Shown: positions 1 to 13,026, counted from the first letter of the stretch. The stretch is DNA of 64,000 bases from Oligoflexales bacterium (GCA_045106415.1 JBGCEP010000035.1:1-64000); one strand, 5' to 3'. A program made the numbers and translations. Notes: a model not told the origin generated them from the letters alone.

Positions 1-6
1 TGTGAG

Positions 7-1512
7 ATGGTACAGGTTCGTGTAGAAGAAGTCTCACGGGTCATCCGTGAAAAAATCCACAACTTCGGTGACTCTGCGCAGATGGAAGAGATTGGCTCTG
101 TGTTGAGTGTCGGTGATGGTATTGCTCGAGTTTATGGTCTAGAGAATGCTCTAGCGGGTGAACTTGTGGAGTTTCAGGATGGTACACGTGGTGTTGTTTT
201 AAATCTAGAAAATGACAATGTTGGTATTGCTATTTTTGGCTCCTGTGTGGGAATTCAAGAGGGCCATACGGTAAAGCGTTTGAATGAAATCAACTCTGTT
301 CCTGTCGGGGAAGGGTTGCTTGGTCGAGTTGTGAGTCCTCTCGGAGACCCCTTAGATGGCAAAGGAGAAATAACCTCCTCTGCACCGGGTGTGGTTGAAG
401 TGAAAGCTCCTGGAATTATTGCTCGAAAGTCGGTGCATGAGCCTTTGCAAACAGGTTTGAAATGTATTGATGCCATGACACCTATTGGCCGTGGGCAACG
501 AGAGTTGATTATTGGTGATAGACAAACAGGTAAGACAACAATTGCTGTTGATACAATTATCAACCAAAAAGGCAAAGGTGTTGTTTGTGTGTATGTCTCT
601 ATTGGCCAAAAAGCATCAACAGTTGCCCGGCTTGTTGAGAAATTAACTGAGGCTGGAGCGATGGAGTATACCATTATCGTTTCAGCAACAGCTTTAGATC
701 CTGCTCCTGCGCAGTTTTTGGCACCTTATTCAGGGTGTCGAATGGCAGAGTTTTTTAGAGATAGCGGTCGACATGCGTGCATCGTTTATGATGACTTAAC
801 AAAACAAGCAGCTGCATACCGTGAGCTTTCTCTTCTTCTACGACGTCCGCCAGGGCGTGAAGCTTATCCTGGTGACGTCTTCTATCTTCATAGTCGTTTG
901 TTAGAGCGTAGCTGCAAGCTTAATGATGAATTGGGTTCAGGGTCTATTACAGCCCTACCAATTATTGAAACTCAAGCTGGTGATATTTCAGCATATATTC
1001 CAACGAATGTTATTTCAATTACAGATGGCCAAATTTTCTTAGAGGCTGACTTATTTCATAGTGGTGTTCGCCCCGCGATGAATGCTGGTTTATCAGTTTC
1101 TCGTGTGGGTGGTGCAGCGCAAATCCCAGCAATGAAAGGTGTTGCAGGGACTGTGCGTTTGGAGTTGGCACAATACGCAGAGCTTAAAGCTTTTGCTCAA
1201 TTTGGTTCTGACTTAGATGAAGCAACACAAAAATCCCTTCGGCGTGGCGCAGTTCTTACAGAGATTTTAAAGCAACCACAATACTCCCCTCTTGATGTGG
1301 CTCTTCAGGTTTGTTCGTTGTACGCAGCAACAAAAGGGTTTTTAGATGCTCTTGAGGTAAAGAAGATTCGTGAATGGGAAGAAGGATTTTTTGATTTTCT
1401 TCGTTCTCAACATGCATCCCTACTTGATAGTATTCGAGGAGGGGCGAAGCTGAAAGATGTTGAAGCAGAGCTGAGAACTGCTGCTGATGCGTATACAAAA
1501 AAGGTGGTTTAA
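7..1512 (+). CDS. atpA: F1F0 ATP synthase subunit alpha
   Basis: Motifs [27 protein letters not shown] and [20 protein letters not shown]; first of atpAGDC. Confidence 0.99.
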   Translation: MVQVRVEEVSRVIREKIHNFGDSAQMEEIGSVLSVGDGIARVYGLENALAGELVEFQDGTRGVVLNLENDNVGIAIFGSCVGIQEGHTVKRLNEINSVPVGEGLLGRVVSPLGDPLDGKGEITSSAPGVVEVKAPGIIARKSVHEPLQTGLKCIDAMTPIGRGQRELIIGDRQTGKTTIAVDTIINQKGKGVVCVYVSIGQKASTVARLVEKLTEAGAMEYTIIVSATALDPAPAQFLAPYSGCRMAEFFRDSGRHACIVYDDLTKQAAAYRELSLLLRRPPGREAYPGDVFYLHSRLLERSCKLNDELGSGSITALPIIETQAGDISAYIPTNVISITDGQIFLEADLFHSGVRPAMNAGLSVSRVGGAAQIPAMKGVAGTVRLELAQYAELKAFAQFGSDLDEATQKSLRRGAVLTEILKQPQYSPLDVALQVCSLYAATKGFLDALEVKKIREWEEGFFDFLRSQHASLLDSIRGGAKLKDVEAELRTAADAYTKKVV

Positions 1513-1514
1513 TT

Positions 1515-3814
<2,300 letters not shown>

Positions 3815-3815
3815 T

Positions 3816-4223
3816 ATGAGTTCATTGTCCTTGACTATAGTGACTCCTCACGGGCCTATTGAGAGCGAGTTGGATATTACCGCTCTTACTGTTCCTGGTG
3901 GTGCTGGTGAGATGGGTGTGCTTCCTGGGCATACTTCAATGGCCGCAACCTTAAAGCCAGGTTTAGTGCATTATGATGTCGTGGGTGAAAAGAGCATCTC
4001 TGTATTTACATCTGGCGGATACGTTGATGTTCAAGGTTCAAATGTGACGCTTTTGCTTGATGTTCTAGAAGAAGCAAGTGGTGTTGACTTTCCAAGAGCT
4101 CGCAACGCTCAAAAAAGAGCGATGGAAAGGCTAAGCTCATCAAGTTCTATGGATCTTGATGTTCCAAGAGCATTAGCTTCACTTGAAAGAGCTCAAGCTC
4201 GTCTTCAACTGGAACATCGTTGA
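3816..4223 (+). CDS. atpC: ATP synthase subunit epsilon
   Basis: IVTP, GEMGVLPGH, C-terminal helices; follows atpD. Confidence 0.97.
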   Translation: MSSLSLTIVTPHGPIESELDITALTVPGGAGEMGVLPGHTSMAATLKPGLVHYDVVGEKSISVFTSGGYVDVQGSNVTLLLDVLEEASGVDFPRARNAQKRAMERLSSSSSMDLDVPRALASLERAQARLQLEHR

Positions 4224-5239
4224 GTATTGAGATTTATTGGGAAGGTTTGGGCCTGGGAAACCCTTATAGTGGTATAGGGCGCTACGCTGAAAACATTCGA
4301 TGTGAACTCAAGTGTTTAGGCGTTGTCCCCAAAGTTTTGGGAGTGAAGGCTTCTGGGCGTATTGCAGGTTCAAAACTTTTCCACCCATGGTGGAGCCGTT
4401 TTGAGCTCGCATCTTTTCCTTCTTGTGGTGGCTTGGTACATGGTTTAGCAAACACAAATGTATTGCCTTTGCTGCCATCTCGCTATCGTCAGATTCTAAC
4501 GGTTCACGATGTGATACCCCTTTTTCCAGATGCTGGCGTTTCTCGCTTGAGCGCGTCAGTTTTTTCTTGGGCTTTATCGCAAGCTTTAAAAAGAGCTGAT
4601 CTTATTTTAGTTCCTTCAGAATTAACAAAACGTTATCTTGAGTCTTATGAACCTCAGTTGAAGACAGTGAAAGTGCTTGGGTACGGCTTCCCGAAGCTAC
4701 AACCCCATATTCAGAAAAACTCTGATGAAAAAAGTAAAAAACCTGTGATCTTAACAGTGTCGAGATGGGAACCTTATAAAGGTTTTGAAGACCTTGTTGA
4801 GCTGGTTAAAAGATCTCCAGATTGGGTTTTTCGAGTTGTAACAGATCGTCAAGGAAGTCTCTGGCTAGCACGGCAGTTAGGGCAAAAGCGAAACTTGGAA
4901 GTGTTTTCAGAGGTGTCAAGCGAAGTGCTTCAAGGTTTCTACCGTGAGGCTAGTCTTGTGTTGCAGCCTTCTCGTTATGAGGGGTTTGGCTTGCCAGTTG
5001 CTGAGGCTCTTTCGTTTTGTAAACCTGTCGTTTTTCGGAGAGGAACTGCGGCAGAAGAGTTTGCACCACGTTTCCTTGGGAGTGCTTACTCTTGTCCTGA
5101 GGAAGCTTTTGAAGTGATGAAACGTTTGGTCCAGCAAGATTGGAGCGATGACCTGAAGGTATGGTTTCAAAGTCATGCGAAAACCTGGGAGAACTATGCT
5201 ACAGACTTAGCCTCTGAATATCATGATATGATCAGTTAA
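4220..5239 (+). CDS. Glycosyltransferase family 4
   Basis: LTVHDVIP and PSRYEGFGLPVAEA (EX7E) motifs; GTG start overlaps atpC stop. Confidence 0.9.
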   Translation: MSIEIYWEGLGLGNPYSGIGRYAENIRCELKCLGVVPKVLGVKASGRIAGSKLFHPWWSRFELASFPSCGGLVHGLANTNVLPLLPSRYRQILTVHDVIPLFPDAGVSRLSASVFSWALSQALKRADLILVPSELTKRYLESYEPQLKTVKVLGYGFPKLQPHIQKNSDEKSKKPVILTVSRWEPYKGFEDLVELVKRSPDWVFRVVTDRQGSLWLARQLGQKRNLEVFSEVSSEVLQGFYREASLVLQPSRYEGFGLPVAEALSFCKPVVFRRGTAAEEFAPRFLGSAYSCPEEAFEVMKRLVQQDWSDDLKVWFQSHAKTWENYATDLASEYHDMIS

Positions 5240-5265
5240 GAGATGATTTTCTATCTAGGTGGTCT

Positions 5266-6219
5266 GTGGAATTTTCTAACGAACAAGCAATAATGGTTAC
5301 AGGAAGCTCTGGATGGCTTGGGCGCTCTTTAGTGCAAGAGTTAAGAGCTATGGCTCCTGTGGTTGCTCTTTACAGGCATTGCCTTCCAGAGCCCCAAGAT
5401 CGAGTATACCCGGTTTGGTGTGACCTTCTAAACACAGAACTTATTCCTGCAGCCCTCAGAGGAGTTCAAACGGTTGTTCATTTGGCCTGGGATGATGAAC
5501 ATAATGAGCAGCATACTTCCTTGAATTTACGTGCCACTGAAAACTTAATCAAAGGCATGAAGGACGAAGGAGTTAAGAACCTTATTTTTGTCAGCTCTTT
5601 AGGGGTTTCTAGAGATGCGACGACAGCCTATTTACGCGAAAAATATGAAGCAGAGTGTTGCGCTCTGAACTCTGGTTTAGAGAACGTAGTGATATGGAGG
5701 CCTGCGCCATTGTTTGGAGGCCCGGCTGTTTCAGATCGTTTTCTTAGGTGTTTATATAATGCAGCGCGTATGCCACTTTTTCACCCTGAAGTTGTTTCTG
5801 AAACGTTGAGCCCGCTTCATAAAGATGATTTTATTTGTATGTTGTCTCAAAATTTGCAGCAGACTGCGTCAGCAAATCTATCAGTTTTTGATGCTGTGGG
5901 TCCTGATCGTTATACGGTTGGAGAGCTTCTGTGTGAGGTTGGAGCAGCGATGGGCAAAGGAATGAGCCTAGGGATCCGAGGCCGAGCAGGTCTTTTTTTG
6001 TTAAAGACTCTTGAGAGAAAATCTGGATACATTGGCCGTAAGCTTATAGATTATGCTCATATGTCTACGAGCCATGTTGGTTATGAAGTTAAAAACGGGC
6101 TGCTTGAACTTAAAGAATCCTTGAAAGCTCTGTCTTTTCAAGGTGGCCTTGATGAACAAAAAGCGCTTGCTGTCGATGTCGTCGCGCAATCCACGCCGCA
6201 AGCCCGTCTTGAGTCTTAG
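5266..6219 (+). CDS. NAD(P)-dependent epimerase/dehydratase (atypical SDR, NDUFA9-like)
   Basis: N-terminal VTGSSGWLG, VVHLA, FVSS, YLREK (YxxxK), WRPAPLFG. Confidence 0.8.
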   Translation: MEFSNEQAIMVTGSSGWLGRSLVQELRAMAPVVALYRHCLPEPQDRVYPVWCDLLNTELIPAALRGVQTVVHLAWDDEHNEQHTSLNLRATENLIKGMKDEGVKNLIFVSSLGVSRDATTAYLREKYEAECCALNSGLENVVIWRPAPLFGGPAVSDRFLRCLYNAARMPLFHPEVVSETLSPLHKDDFICMLSQNLQQTASANLSVFDAVGPDRYTVGELLCEVGAAMGKGMSLGIRGRAGLFLLKTLERKSGYIGRKLIDYAHMSTSHVGYEVKNGLLELKESLKALSFQGGLDEQKALAVDVVAQSTPQARLES

Positions 6220-6620
6220 ATTCGACCTTGGTTTTGGAGCATCCGTCTCCAATTATCTCTTCCACCATAGTATGAAAAAATCAGTGAACGTGGGTTTCCT
6301 GTGGCAATAGCGTCAGGGATACTTGCTGGATTGAAGGCTCTTGGGTAAACAGAAAGAGGGAAAGTATATAAAACACGTGCAATGCTGATGCCTGCTCCTG
6401 CAACTCCATATGCAGTTCCTTTTAAGAAGCGCATAGGATTTTTGTGCTTTATTGAGCCAGCAACTCCTCCCGCAATCCCAGCTGGTATCGAAAAGACTCC
6501 TTGTGTAATCGTAGCTGGCAGAGTCAAAAGAGTTCCAAAAAATCCATGACGATGAGTCTTGGCTTCTGCTAAGTGACTTAAAAATAGACATGCAAGAATG
6601 ATTGCTTTTTTAAAGTTCAT
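6216..6620 (-). CDS. Small secreted/membrane hypothetical protein, Gly-rich hydrophobic
   Basis: Start reassigned to ATG at 6620 giving a signal peptide (MNFKKAIILACLFLSHLAEA); AGGA upstream; the longer ORF would run through the ftsZ terminator. Confidence 0.7.
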   Translation of the reverse strand: MNFKKAIILACLFLSHLAEAKTHRHGFFGTLLTLPATITQGVFSIPAGIAGGVAGSIKHKNPMRFLKGTAYGVAGAGISIARVLYTFPLSVYPRAFNPASIPDAIATGNPRSLIFSYYGGRDNWRRMLQNQGRI

Positions 6621-6689
6621 AATAATTCCTGTAAAAAATGATTTGAAATCATTAAAAACTATTTTGAATATAAAGGCTAGTTTTGGTTC

Positions 6690-6733
6690 AAAACAAATAA
6701 AAGCACGCAAGTAGACGTGCTTTTATTTGTTTT
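6690..6733. terminator. Intrinsic terminator downstream of ftsZ (potentially bidirectional)
   Basis: Perfect 18-bp inverted repeat AAAACAAATAAAAGCACG / CGTGCTTTTATTTGTTTT with an 8-nt loop, 10 nt after the ftsZ stop. Confidence 0.85.
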
Positions 6734-6743
6734 TATAGAAAGA

Positions 6744-8303
6744 CTATAAAGTAGGTTCATGCTTTTGTTGGCGGAGAAAAGTCGGAATTTCAAGGTCGTC
6801 ATCTTGAGTATTGAGGCCACGGAGACGATCAGCCATCTCTAGAGCTTCATCTATTTTTTTATCAATATCACTGGTGACATCTGGTTCCTCTACTTTTTTT
6901 ATTTCTACAGCGCCTTCGACCCGATGTGATAACGTTTCAGCATCATTTTGTTCAGTTCTTTGTAGAAGCATTTCACTTGTTGTGATTTCCTCTGAACTCA
7001 TGGATTCTGGCGCACCAGCTTCAGAGTTGGTAGCCATTTCGTCCGCTTGCTCGAGTGTCATCATTGCTAAAGTTTCAATATCGGAGGGTGGAGCCGCTTC
7101 GAAATGTGAAGAGTGATCTTCTTCTTGGCTATCAAAAGGATTCTTAGCCATTTCTGTTATTCTAGGCTGTGGCATAGCCTCGACCGTAGAAGCTGGGGAT
7201 ACAGGATCTTTACGAACAGTTTTTTCAGGTGTGTAGGTTACAACGGGAGCTTTTGCGATTGCTCCGGGCTTTTGTGCGTGAAATGGATCTACAGTTCGTG
7301 AAGATGTTATTTTAGGAGTAGGCTGAAGTTCTTCTTCCACAGGAAACCCAGTCGCAATGACAGTAACTCGAATAGAGTCTCCAAAAGTCTCATCAACAAC
7401 AGCTCCGAAGATAATATTTGCGTCTTCATGAGCTGCTTCTTGAATAGTTGAGCAAGCTTGATTGACTTCCATCAGACCTAGGCTTGATCCTGAGGTGATA
7501 TTGATCAGAATACCTGTTGCGCCTTCGATATCAATGTCTTCAAGGAGAGGAGAAGAAATAGCGGTTGTGGCTGCTTCTTTTGCTCTGCTTGGCCCTGAAG
7601 CTTCACCAACTCCCATAAGCGCTTGACCCATGCTGACCATAATGGATTTGACATCAGCAAAGTCGACATTGATCATTCCTGGAATATTGATGATGTCGCT
7701 GATGCCTCGAACCGCGTTTACAAGAACATTGTCCGCCATGCGAAAAGCATCAACCATGGAAAGGTCAGGGGTTGATATATTAAGGAGTCTTTCGTTAGGG
7801 ATAACAATTAAAGTGTCAACATGTTCTCGGAGACGATCGATACCAGCTTGTGCATGTCGTTGACGTCTTTTGCCCTCAAAACTGAAAGGTCGTGTCACTA
7901 CACCAACTGTTAAAGCACCTTGTTCTCTTGCTATTTGGCTTACAACGGCTGCACCACCAGTTCCAGTGCCTCCACCCATACCGGCTGTAATGAAAACCAT
8001 ATCAGATCCAGCCAGGATTTCTTGAAGCTCGTGGCGATCTTCTAGTGCTGCGTCGCGACCGATATCAGGATTTGCGCCAGCCCCTAGGCCTTTTGTTAGT
8101 TCCTTACCAAGTTGGATTTTGCCTTCAGCTAGGGAAAACTGTAGGGATTGAACATCAGTGTTGGCAGCAATGAATCCTACGCCCTCAATTCCTGCTTTTA
8201 TCATGGTTGTGACAGCGTTTGTGCCGCCACCACCAACTCCAATAACTTTTATGCGTGCATTTGGTGTGTATCCCATAGACTCATCTGTCATGGCGGTCTC
8301 CAT
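6744..8303 (-). CDS. ftsZ: Cell division protein FtsZ with long acidic linker
   Basis: [26 protein letters not shown]-terminal core peptide [13 protein letters not shown]. Confidence 0.99.
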   Translation of the reverse strand: METAMTDESMGYTPNARIKVIGVGGGGTNAVTTMIKAGIEGVGFIAANTDVQSLQFSLAEGKIQLGKELTKGLGAGANPDIGRDAALEDRHELQEILAGSDMVFITAGMGGGTGTGGAAVVSQIAREQGALTVGVVTRPFSFEGKRRQRHAQAGIDRLREHVDTLIVIPNERLLNISTPDLSMVDAFRMADNVLVNAVRGISDIINIPGMINVDFADVKSIMVSMGQALMGVGEASGPSRAKEAATTAISSPLLEDIDIEGATGILINITSGSSLGLMEVNQACSTIQEAAHEDANIIFGAVVDETFGDSIRVTVIATGFPVEEELQPTPKITSSRTVDPFHAQKPGAIAKAPVVTYTPEKTVRKDPVSPASTVEAMPQPRITEMAKNPFDSQEEDHSSHFEAAPPSDIETLAMMTLEQADEMATNSEAGAPESMSSEEITTSEMLLQRTEQNDAETLSHRVEGAVEIKKVEEPDVTSDIDKKIDEALEMADRLRGLNTQDDDLEIPTFLRQQKHEPTL

Positions 8304-8344
8304 TGAAAATCTGTGTCATGATGTTTCGTTATGCTATGAGTATT

Positions 8345-8374
8345 ATTTTATGGGGAGTCCCGTTTCTGCGTCAA
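8345..8374 (-). promoter_or_regulatory. Sigma70-type promoter for ftsZ
   Basis: Minus strand TTGACG-N18-TAAAAT in the ftsA-ftsZ spacer. Confidence 0.55.
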
Positions 8375-8412
8375 CAAAATGACATGAATAATTCTTTGAG
8401 CAAACCCATTTG

Positions 8413-9600
8413 TTAAGACAGTTCTTTGATGAAGTCGAAGAACTGTTTCGCGTAATACGATAATTTAGAAGAGTTTTTCTTGGTCGTTGTGCTCAGTTGA
8501 GCCAAAGAAAGAAGCCCGATAGAAGTTGCAAGTTTTCCTGTGTGATGCTCTTTTGCTTGAGTGGGTCGAACCCTAGAAACATGAATATTGAGTTGATTTT
8601 CCATGAGCTGAGGAAGCCCTTTGAGGTCCGCTCCCCCACCTGTGAGGAAAAGTCCTGTTTCTGGATCGACACCAAGGCGCAGCCGTTGTTGAAGGATGAG
8701 GTGTGAGAGCTCTTCGAGGCGTGGTTTAAGAATTTTTTGAATATCGGATGCTTTAATGTGTTTTAAATCATTATGGATTGTGGAAACTTGAGTTTCTATA
8801 TTTGTATCGAGAACACCGAAAGTATGCTTTAGGTGTTCGGCCTCACTTTTAGAAACACCAAGCCCGATCGCGAGATCGTTTGTAATGATTTCTCCACCCA
8901 CATTAATGGTGAAGCACCCAATAGGTTTGCCTCCTCGAAAACAAATTCCATCGGTCGTGCCTCCGCCAATATCGGCAACAGTGACTCCTGTCTCGGAAGC
9001 TGTTTGGTGAACAGTTGATTGGGCAGAAGCATAAGGTTCTGCGAATAGAGCTTTCACTCTTAACCCACAATCGTTACAAAGTTGAATGACATCTCTGGCG
9101 TAGACAAAGTCTGATCCGATCAGTAAAAATTGCCCATGTAAAAATTGCCCAGAGAGCCCCTGTGGCTCGAGAACTTCAGGGCGTTGGTCAACCTGATAGT
9201 GCATCGGAATTTGGTGGAGAATTTGATGCCCAGAAGAAAGTTTAGAGGGTATTTGGGATTTGAGTTTGTAAATATGTTCAAGATTTACGGTGTGATGATT
9301 GAGGTGAACTTGAGATTCAATTTTACGGCTCCAGAGATGAGCTCCAGCAATGCCAACGTGAACAGTGCTAATGTCTGTAGCAAATTTTTCTTCTGCAGTA
9401 GAAATAAGCTCTAATAGAGCTTTTTTTGTTTCTTGATATGAAGCAACCATCCCACGCTTCATGCCTGCTGCAGGGATGCATACGGTGTCGATTTCATCCG
9501 GTTGAGCTGGATTTAATGTTGCTAGACAAAACTTAGTTGTACCTAGATCTAAAGCAAAGAGCTGCTCCAAATTTGGCCTCTTAGTTGTGTGTGATTTCAT
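8413..9600 (-). CDS. ftsA: Cell division protein FtsA
   Basis: ALDLGTTK, DIGGGTTD, FLTGGGADL, C-terminal amphipathic helix; between ftsQ and ftsZ. Confidence 0.95.
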   Translation of the reverse strand: MKSHTTKRPNLEQLFALDLGTTKFCLATLNPAQPDEIDTVCIPAAGMKRGMVASYQETKKALLELISTAEEKFATDISTVHVGIAGAHLWSRKIESQVHLNHHTVNLEHIYKLKSQIPSKLSSGHQILHQIPMHYQVDQRPEVLEPQGLSGQFLHGQFLLIGSDFVYARDVIQLCNDCGLRVKALFAEPYASAQSTVHQTASETGVTVADIGGGTTDGICFRGGKPIGCFTINVGGEIITNDLAIGLGVSKSEAEHLKHTFGVLDTNIETQVSTIHNDLKHIKASDIQKILKPRLEELSHLILQQRLRLGVDPETGLFLTGGGADLKGLPQLMENQLNIHVSRVRPTQAKEHHTGKLATSIGLLSLAQLSTTTKKNSSKLSYYAKQFFDFIKELS

Positions 9601-9663
9601 AGAAGAATAAGATGTTTTTATTCTAGCATGGAATAAAAAAGGATCTCGTTTTATTGAACTATG

Positions 9664-10494
9664 TTAAGATTTGTACGCAATAAAAACTTTATTTTGAAAA
9701 TCGAGTTCTATTTTTTTGATGTTTGACCATTGAGATCTTTTTGTTTGTTGTAGTCGAGCTAATTTTTCAAGATGATCTTCAAATGGCGCATAGCCAAAAG
9801 TAATCTCAAGGCTGTCGTCAAGCTGGACATGGTAGCCTCGATGTTTTTTGTGAGTAATGTTGGTGACGATGAGGCCTTGAACCTGAAGGGCACGATGGAG
9901 CTGTAAAGCTTCTCCCAGAGTGTTTTTTTCACTGGGTTGTAATTCTAAAGAGTGATTTCGGCGCCATTTTCTTTTTGGATTATTGTCGAGAACTCCCTGC
10001 ATTTCTAGTAATGATTCCCATGTGATATGTTGGTGACCTTTATAAATCTCTGCAGTTGCGGTAATCGGGTATTTTTTTTGGTTATAATTTAAAAAGGCAA
10101 CAGGACTACGGTTTTTGACGCGAATCCATAAATCTTGATGTGGAGTTTGTGTCAAATTGACGGATTCAAAAGCCCATTTTTTTTGAATATAATGCACAAG
10201 GCGTGACAGGCTTGGACTTTTTGATTGCCGATATTGTGTGGAAATATCTTGGAGAAGTGATTCTTTCATTTGGGGGTCAATGGGTTGATGGCTAATAACT
10301 TCTATTTTTTTTGGTTTAAAATGATTTTTTGGAAAAAATGGGTCTATAGAGAGAGATTGCAGCAGAACCAAGAATATAACACAACAAACTAACGGGATAG
10401 ACCATAAAACCCAACGAATATGTGTTTGTTTTTGAGATTTTTTTCTTCGTTTTTTTGGTTTTTGGTGCCGTAAAGGGTTTTTGAATTTCTGCAT
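9664..10494 (-). CDS. ftsQ: Cell division protein FtsQ/DivIB (divergent)
   Basis: Basic N-terminus, single TM helix, POTRA-like region, C-terminal IELDFQNKVFI; position upstream of ftsA. Confidence 0.75.
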   Translation of the reverse strand: MQKFKNPLRHQKPKKRRKKSQKQTHIRWVLWSIPLVCCVIFLVLLQSLSIDPFFPKNHFKPKKIEVISHQPIDPQMKESLLQDISTQYRQSKSPSLSRLVHYIQKKWAFESVNLTQTPHQDLWIRVKNRSPVAFLNYNQKKYPITATAEIYKGHQHITWESLLEMQGVLDNNPKRKWRRNHSLELQPSEKNTLGEALQLHRALQVQGLIVTNITHKKHRGYHVQLDDSLEITFGYAPFEDHLEKLARLQQTKRSQWSNIKKIELDFQNKVFIAYKS

Positions 10495-10549
10495 TCACAT
10501 CCTCTTGTGACATCAAACATGTGTTTGTTCTAAGTGGGATTCAATACAG

Positions 10550-11938
10550 CTATTTTAGCTCATTTTTAAGGGTTGTGCTGAGCTTTGGGCAGATTGAGGT
10601 AAGATCCCCAGCTCCAACTGTGAGGCACAAAAAGGGTTTTTGAGATTTTTGTGCAGTTTTTAGTGTGTGTTTAATTATATGATCAAAGCTGTTAGCCTCA
10701 AACACAGAAGTTTCAGAAGCTTCTGAAATCGCTTTTGTGAGGTTTGCTGGAGTGATATTTGGTAAAGGCTTTTCACCTGCGCTATATATCGGAGTGATGC
10801 AGACAGAATCTGCTGATTGGAAACTTTCAGAAAACTCTTGCCATAAGCTTTCTGTTCTTGTGTACCTATGTGGCTGAAAAATGACGTGCAAATGACGTTC
10901 TGGCCATGCTTGTTTGAGGGCGTCGACAACAGCTGTGATCTTCCCAGGGTTGTGTGCGTAGTCGTCAAAAACAAAAGCTTTATCGGTTTTTAAAATTTGA
11001 TTTAAACGCCTTTGCGTACCAGGAAATAATGCGAGAGCTTGGCAGCTCTTTTTAAAATCTAAGCCAAGACATTGCGCCACACATAACGCTGCAAGTGCAT
11101 TTTGAACATTGTGTAGCCCCACGGTCGGCAGAGAGCATAAAGCTGTTTCGTCTTTTGTATAAAGTTGGATCGACATATGGCCATTATGAACGTCAAAAGT
11201 TTTTTGGTCTGCCCAGATATCAGCTTCCTTCTTGAAGCCGAAGGTTTTTGTTTGCAGTGACGATTGCCTGAGAACTTTAGAATTTGTATCATCGGCATTA
11301 TAAATGAGCCACCCCTTGGGTTTTACTCGGTGGGCGTGCTCCTGAAAAGCAGCTTGAATATGAGCCAGGCTTCCATAATGATCAAGGTGGTCAGCATCAA
11401 TGTTTGTGATGACAGCAATATCTGGTTGATACTTTAAAAAACTTCCATCAGATTCATCTGCTTCGGCTACAAAAAGATTGCTTTGGCCACAGCGTGAAGA
11501 TTGCTGAGAGTGGCACATAATACCACCAATCACAGCACTGGGATCTTGATCGAGTTCTTCTAAAATCCATGTCACCATGGCAGAGGTTGTCGTTTTCCCA
11601 TGAGTTCCTGCGACAGTAATGGCGGTTTGTTTTTCCATGAGAGTGTTGAGTAGATCTGAGCGGTGTAAGATCTTTAAACCATGATTTTTTGCGAAAGCAA
11701 TTTCAGGGTTTGAGTCTTGTACAGCGCTAGAGCGAACAACAGTGACTTTTTGAGGTAAGCGTTCAGAATTGTGTTCTGCGTAAACAGTGGCTCCAAGGCG
11801 CTCAAGGAGCTGAGTTCTGGAGTTTTGGTTAAGGTCGGACCCTAGAACCTTTTGCCCTTGTCGTAGAAGAATTTCAGCGAGTGGAGCCATGCCTGAGCCG
11901 CCAATGCCGACAAAGTAATAAGGGTCATGTTGTGTCAC
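10550..11938 (-). CDS. murC: UDP-N-acetylmuramate--L-alanine ligase
   Basis: FVGIGGSGM, AGTHGKTTT, EADESDGSF, DDYAHNP, FQPHRYTRT; GTG start overlaps ftsW TAG. Confidence 0.97.
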   Translation of the reverse strand: MTQHDPYYFVGIGGSGMAPLAEILLRQGQKVLGSDLNQNSRTQLLERLGATVYAEHNSERLPQKVTVVRSSAVQDSNPEIAFAKNHGLKILHRSDLLNTLMEKQTAITVAGTHGKTTTSAMVTWILEELDQDPSAVIGGIMCHSQQSSRCGQSNLFVAEADESDGSFLKYQPDIAVITNIDADHLDHYGSLAHIQAAFQEHAHRVKPKGWLIYNADDTNSKVLRQSSLQTKTFGFKKEADIWADQKTFDVHNGHMSIQLYTKDETALCSLPTVGLHNVQNALAALCVAQCLGLDFKKSCQALALFPGTQRRLNQILKTDKAFVFDDYAHNPGKITAVVDALKQAWPERHLHVIFQPHRYTRTESLWQEFSESFQSADSVCITPIYSAGEKPLPNITPANLTKAISEASETSVFEANSFDHIIKHTLKTAQKSQKPFLCLTVGAGDLTSICPKLSTTLKNELK

Positions 11939-13026
11939 TAATCGTTCTCCGTCACATTTTGAGCAATTCGGACAAGAACTGCAATACAAAATAAAAACAC
12001 AATGAGTGATGAGGCTCCGCTACTAAGAAAAGGAAGAGTGAGACCTTTTGTGGGAAGAAGGCCCATAGCAACACCCATGTTGAGGGAGGACTGTAAAACA
12101 AGAAGAGTTGTCATAGCAATAGCCAAGTGCTTATAAAATGGGTTCTTCTGTCTTTCTGCAACTTTAAAACCAACGCAACCAATTAAAGTAAATAAGCCTA
12201 AAACACTTAAAACGCCGAGTAGCCCCATTTCTTCACCAACGACAGAGAGCACAAAGTCGGTGTGAGCTTCTGGAAGAAAAAACAGCTTTTGTCTTGAGCC
12301 GCCAAACCCTGTGCCCATGAGAGAGCCGTTTCGGAAAGCCAGATAACTCTGAATGATTTGAAACCCACCTTGCTGAATATCGTCCCATGGGTCTAAGAAA
12401 CTAGCGAGTCGTCTGAGGCGGTACGGCTCTAAGAAAATAGCAAATCCAGCCAGAAAACCTCCGGATAAAGCTAATGTTGTAAGTTTTTTATTTTCTACGC
12501 CTTTAATGTAAAGCATGGCAAAGACTAAGAGGCCTAAAAGCGCTGTTGAGCCAAAATCGGGTTGAAGCATGACAAAGTAGGCAAGGATGCTAAAGACAAA
12601 GAAGTTTGAGGCAATACAGCCCCATGTGTCTTGAAAAGATGAGCGAGCTAGATTTGCAGCTAAAAAAAACGCTAAAGCTGGCTTTGCTAGTTCTGCAGGC
12701 TGAAACCGTAAGGGCCCCAGAGCAAGCCAGCGGGTGGCTCCCCCAGCTGTTTGATAGGCGCCTGGGACGAGGATAAGGGACAGTAAAAAGCAACAAAGCC
12801 CCAGCAGAGGCAGTGTTAATTTTTTGAGCCAGTGGATGGGAGTGTGGCGAATGCCTAAAATGCCACACCATCCTACGATGGCAACAAGAGTTTGTTTCCT
12901 GAAGAAAAAAAGAGGATCATTAAATTGTTCCGCTCCTTTGAGAGAAGACGCTGTGTAGACCATTAAAAGGCCGATGCTAGTGAGTAAAAAAGTAGAGTAG
13001 ACAAGAGTGAACTCGTAAGAATTCAT
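11938..13026 (-). CDS. ftsW: SEDS peptidoglycan polymerase FtsW
   Basis: FQPAELAK, LQPDFG, FLPEAHTDF, LPTKGLTLPFLSSG; ATGA overlap with murD stop. Confidence 0.96.
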   Translation of the reverse strand: MNSYEFTLVYSTFLLTSIGLLMVYTASSLKGAEQFNDPLFFFRKQTLVAIVGWCGILGIRHTPIHWLKKLTLPLLGLCCFLLSLILVPGAYQTAGGATRWLALGPLRFQPAELAKPALAFFLAANLARSSFQDTWGCIASNFFVFSILAYFVMLQPDFGSTALLGLLVFAMLYIKGVENKKLTTLALSGGFLAGFAIFLEPYRLRRLASFLDPWDDIQQGGFQIIQSYLAFRNGSLMGTGFGGSRQKLFFLPEAHTDFVLSVVGEEMGLLGVLSVLGLFTLIGCVGFKVAERQKNPFYKHLAIAMTTLLVLQSSLNMGVAMGLLPTKGLTLPFLSSGASSLIVFLFCIAVLVRIAQNVTEND

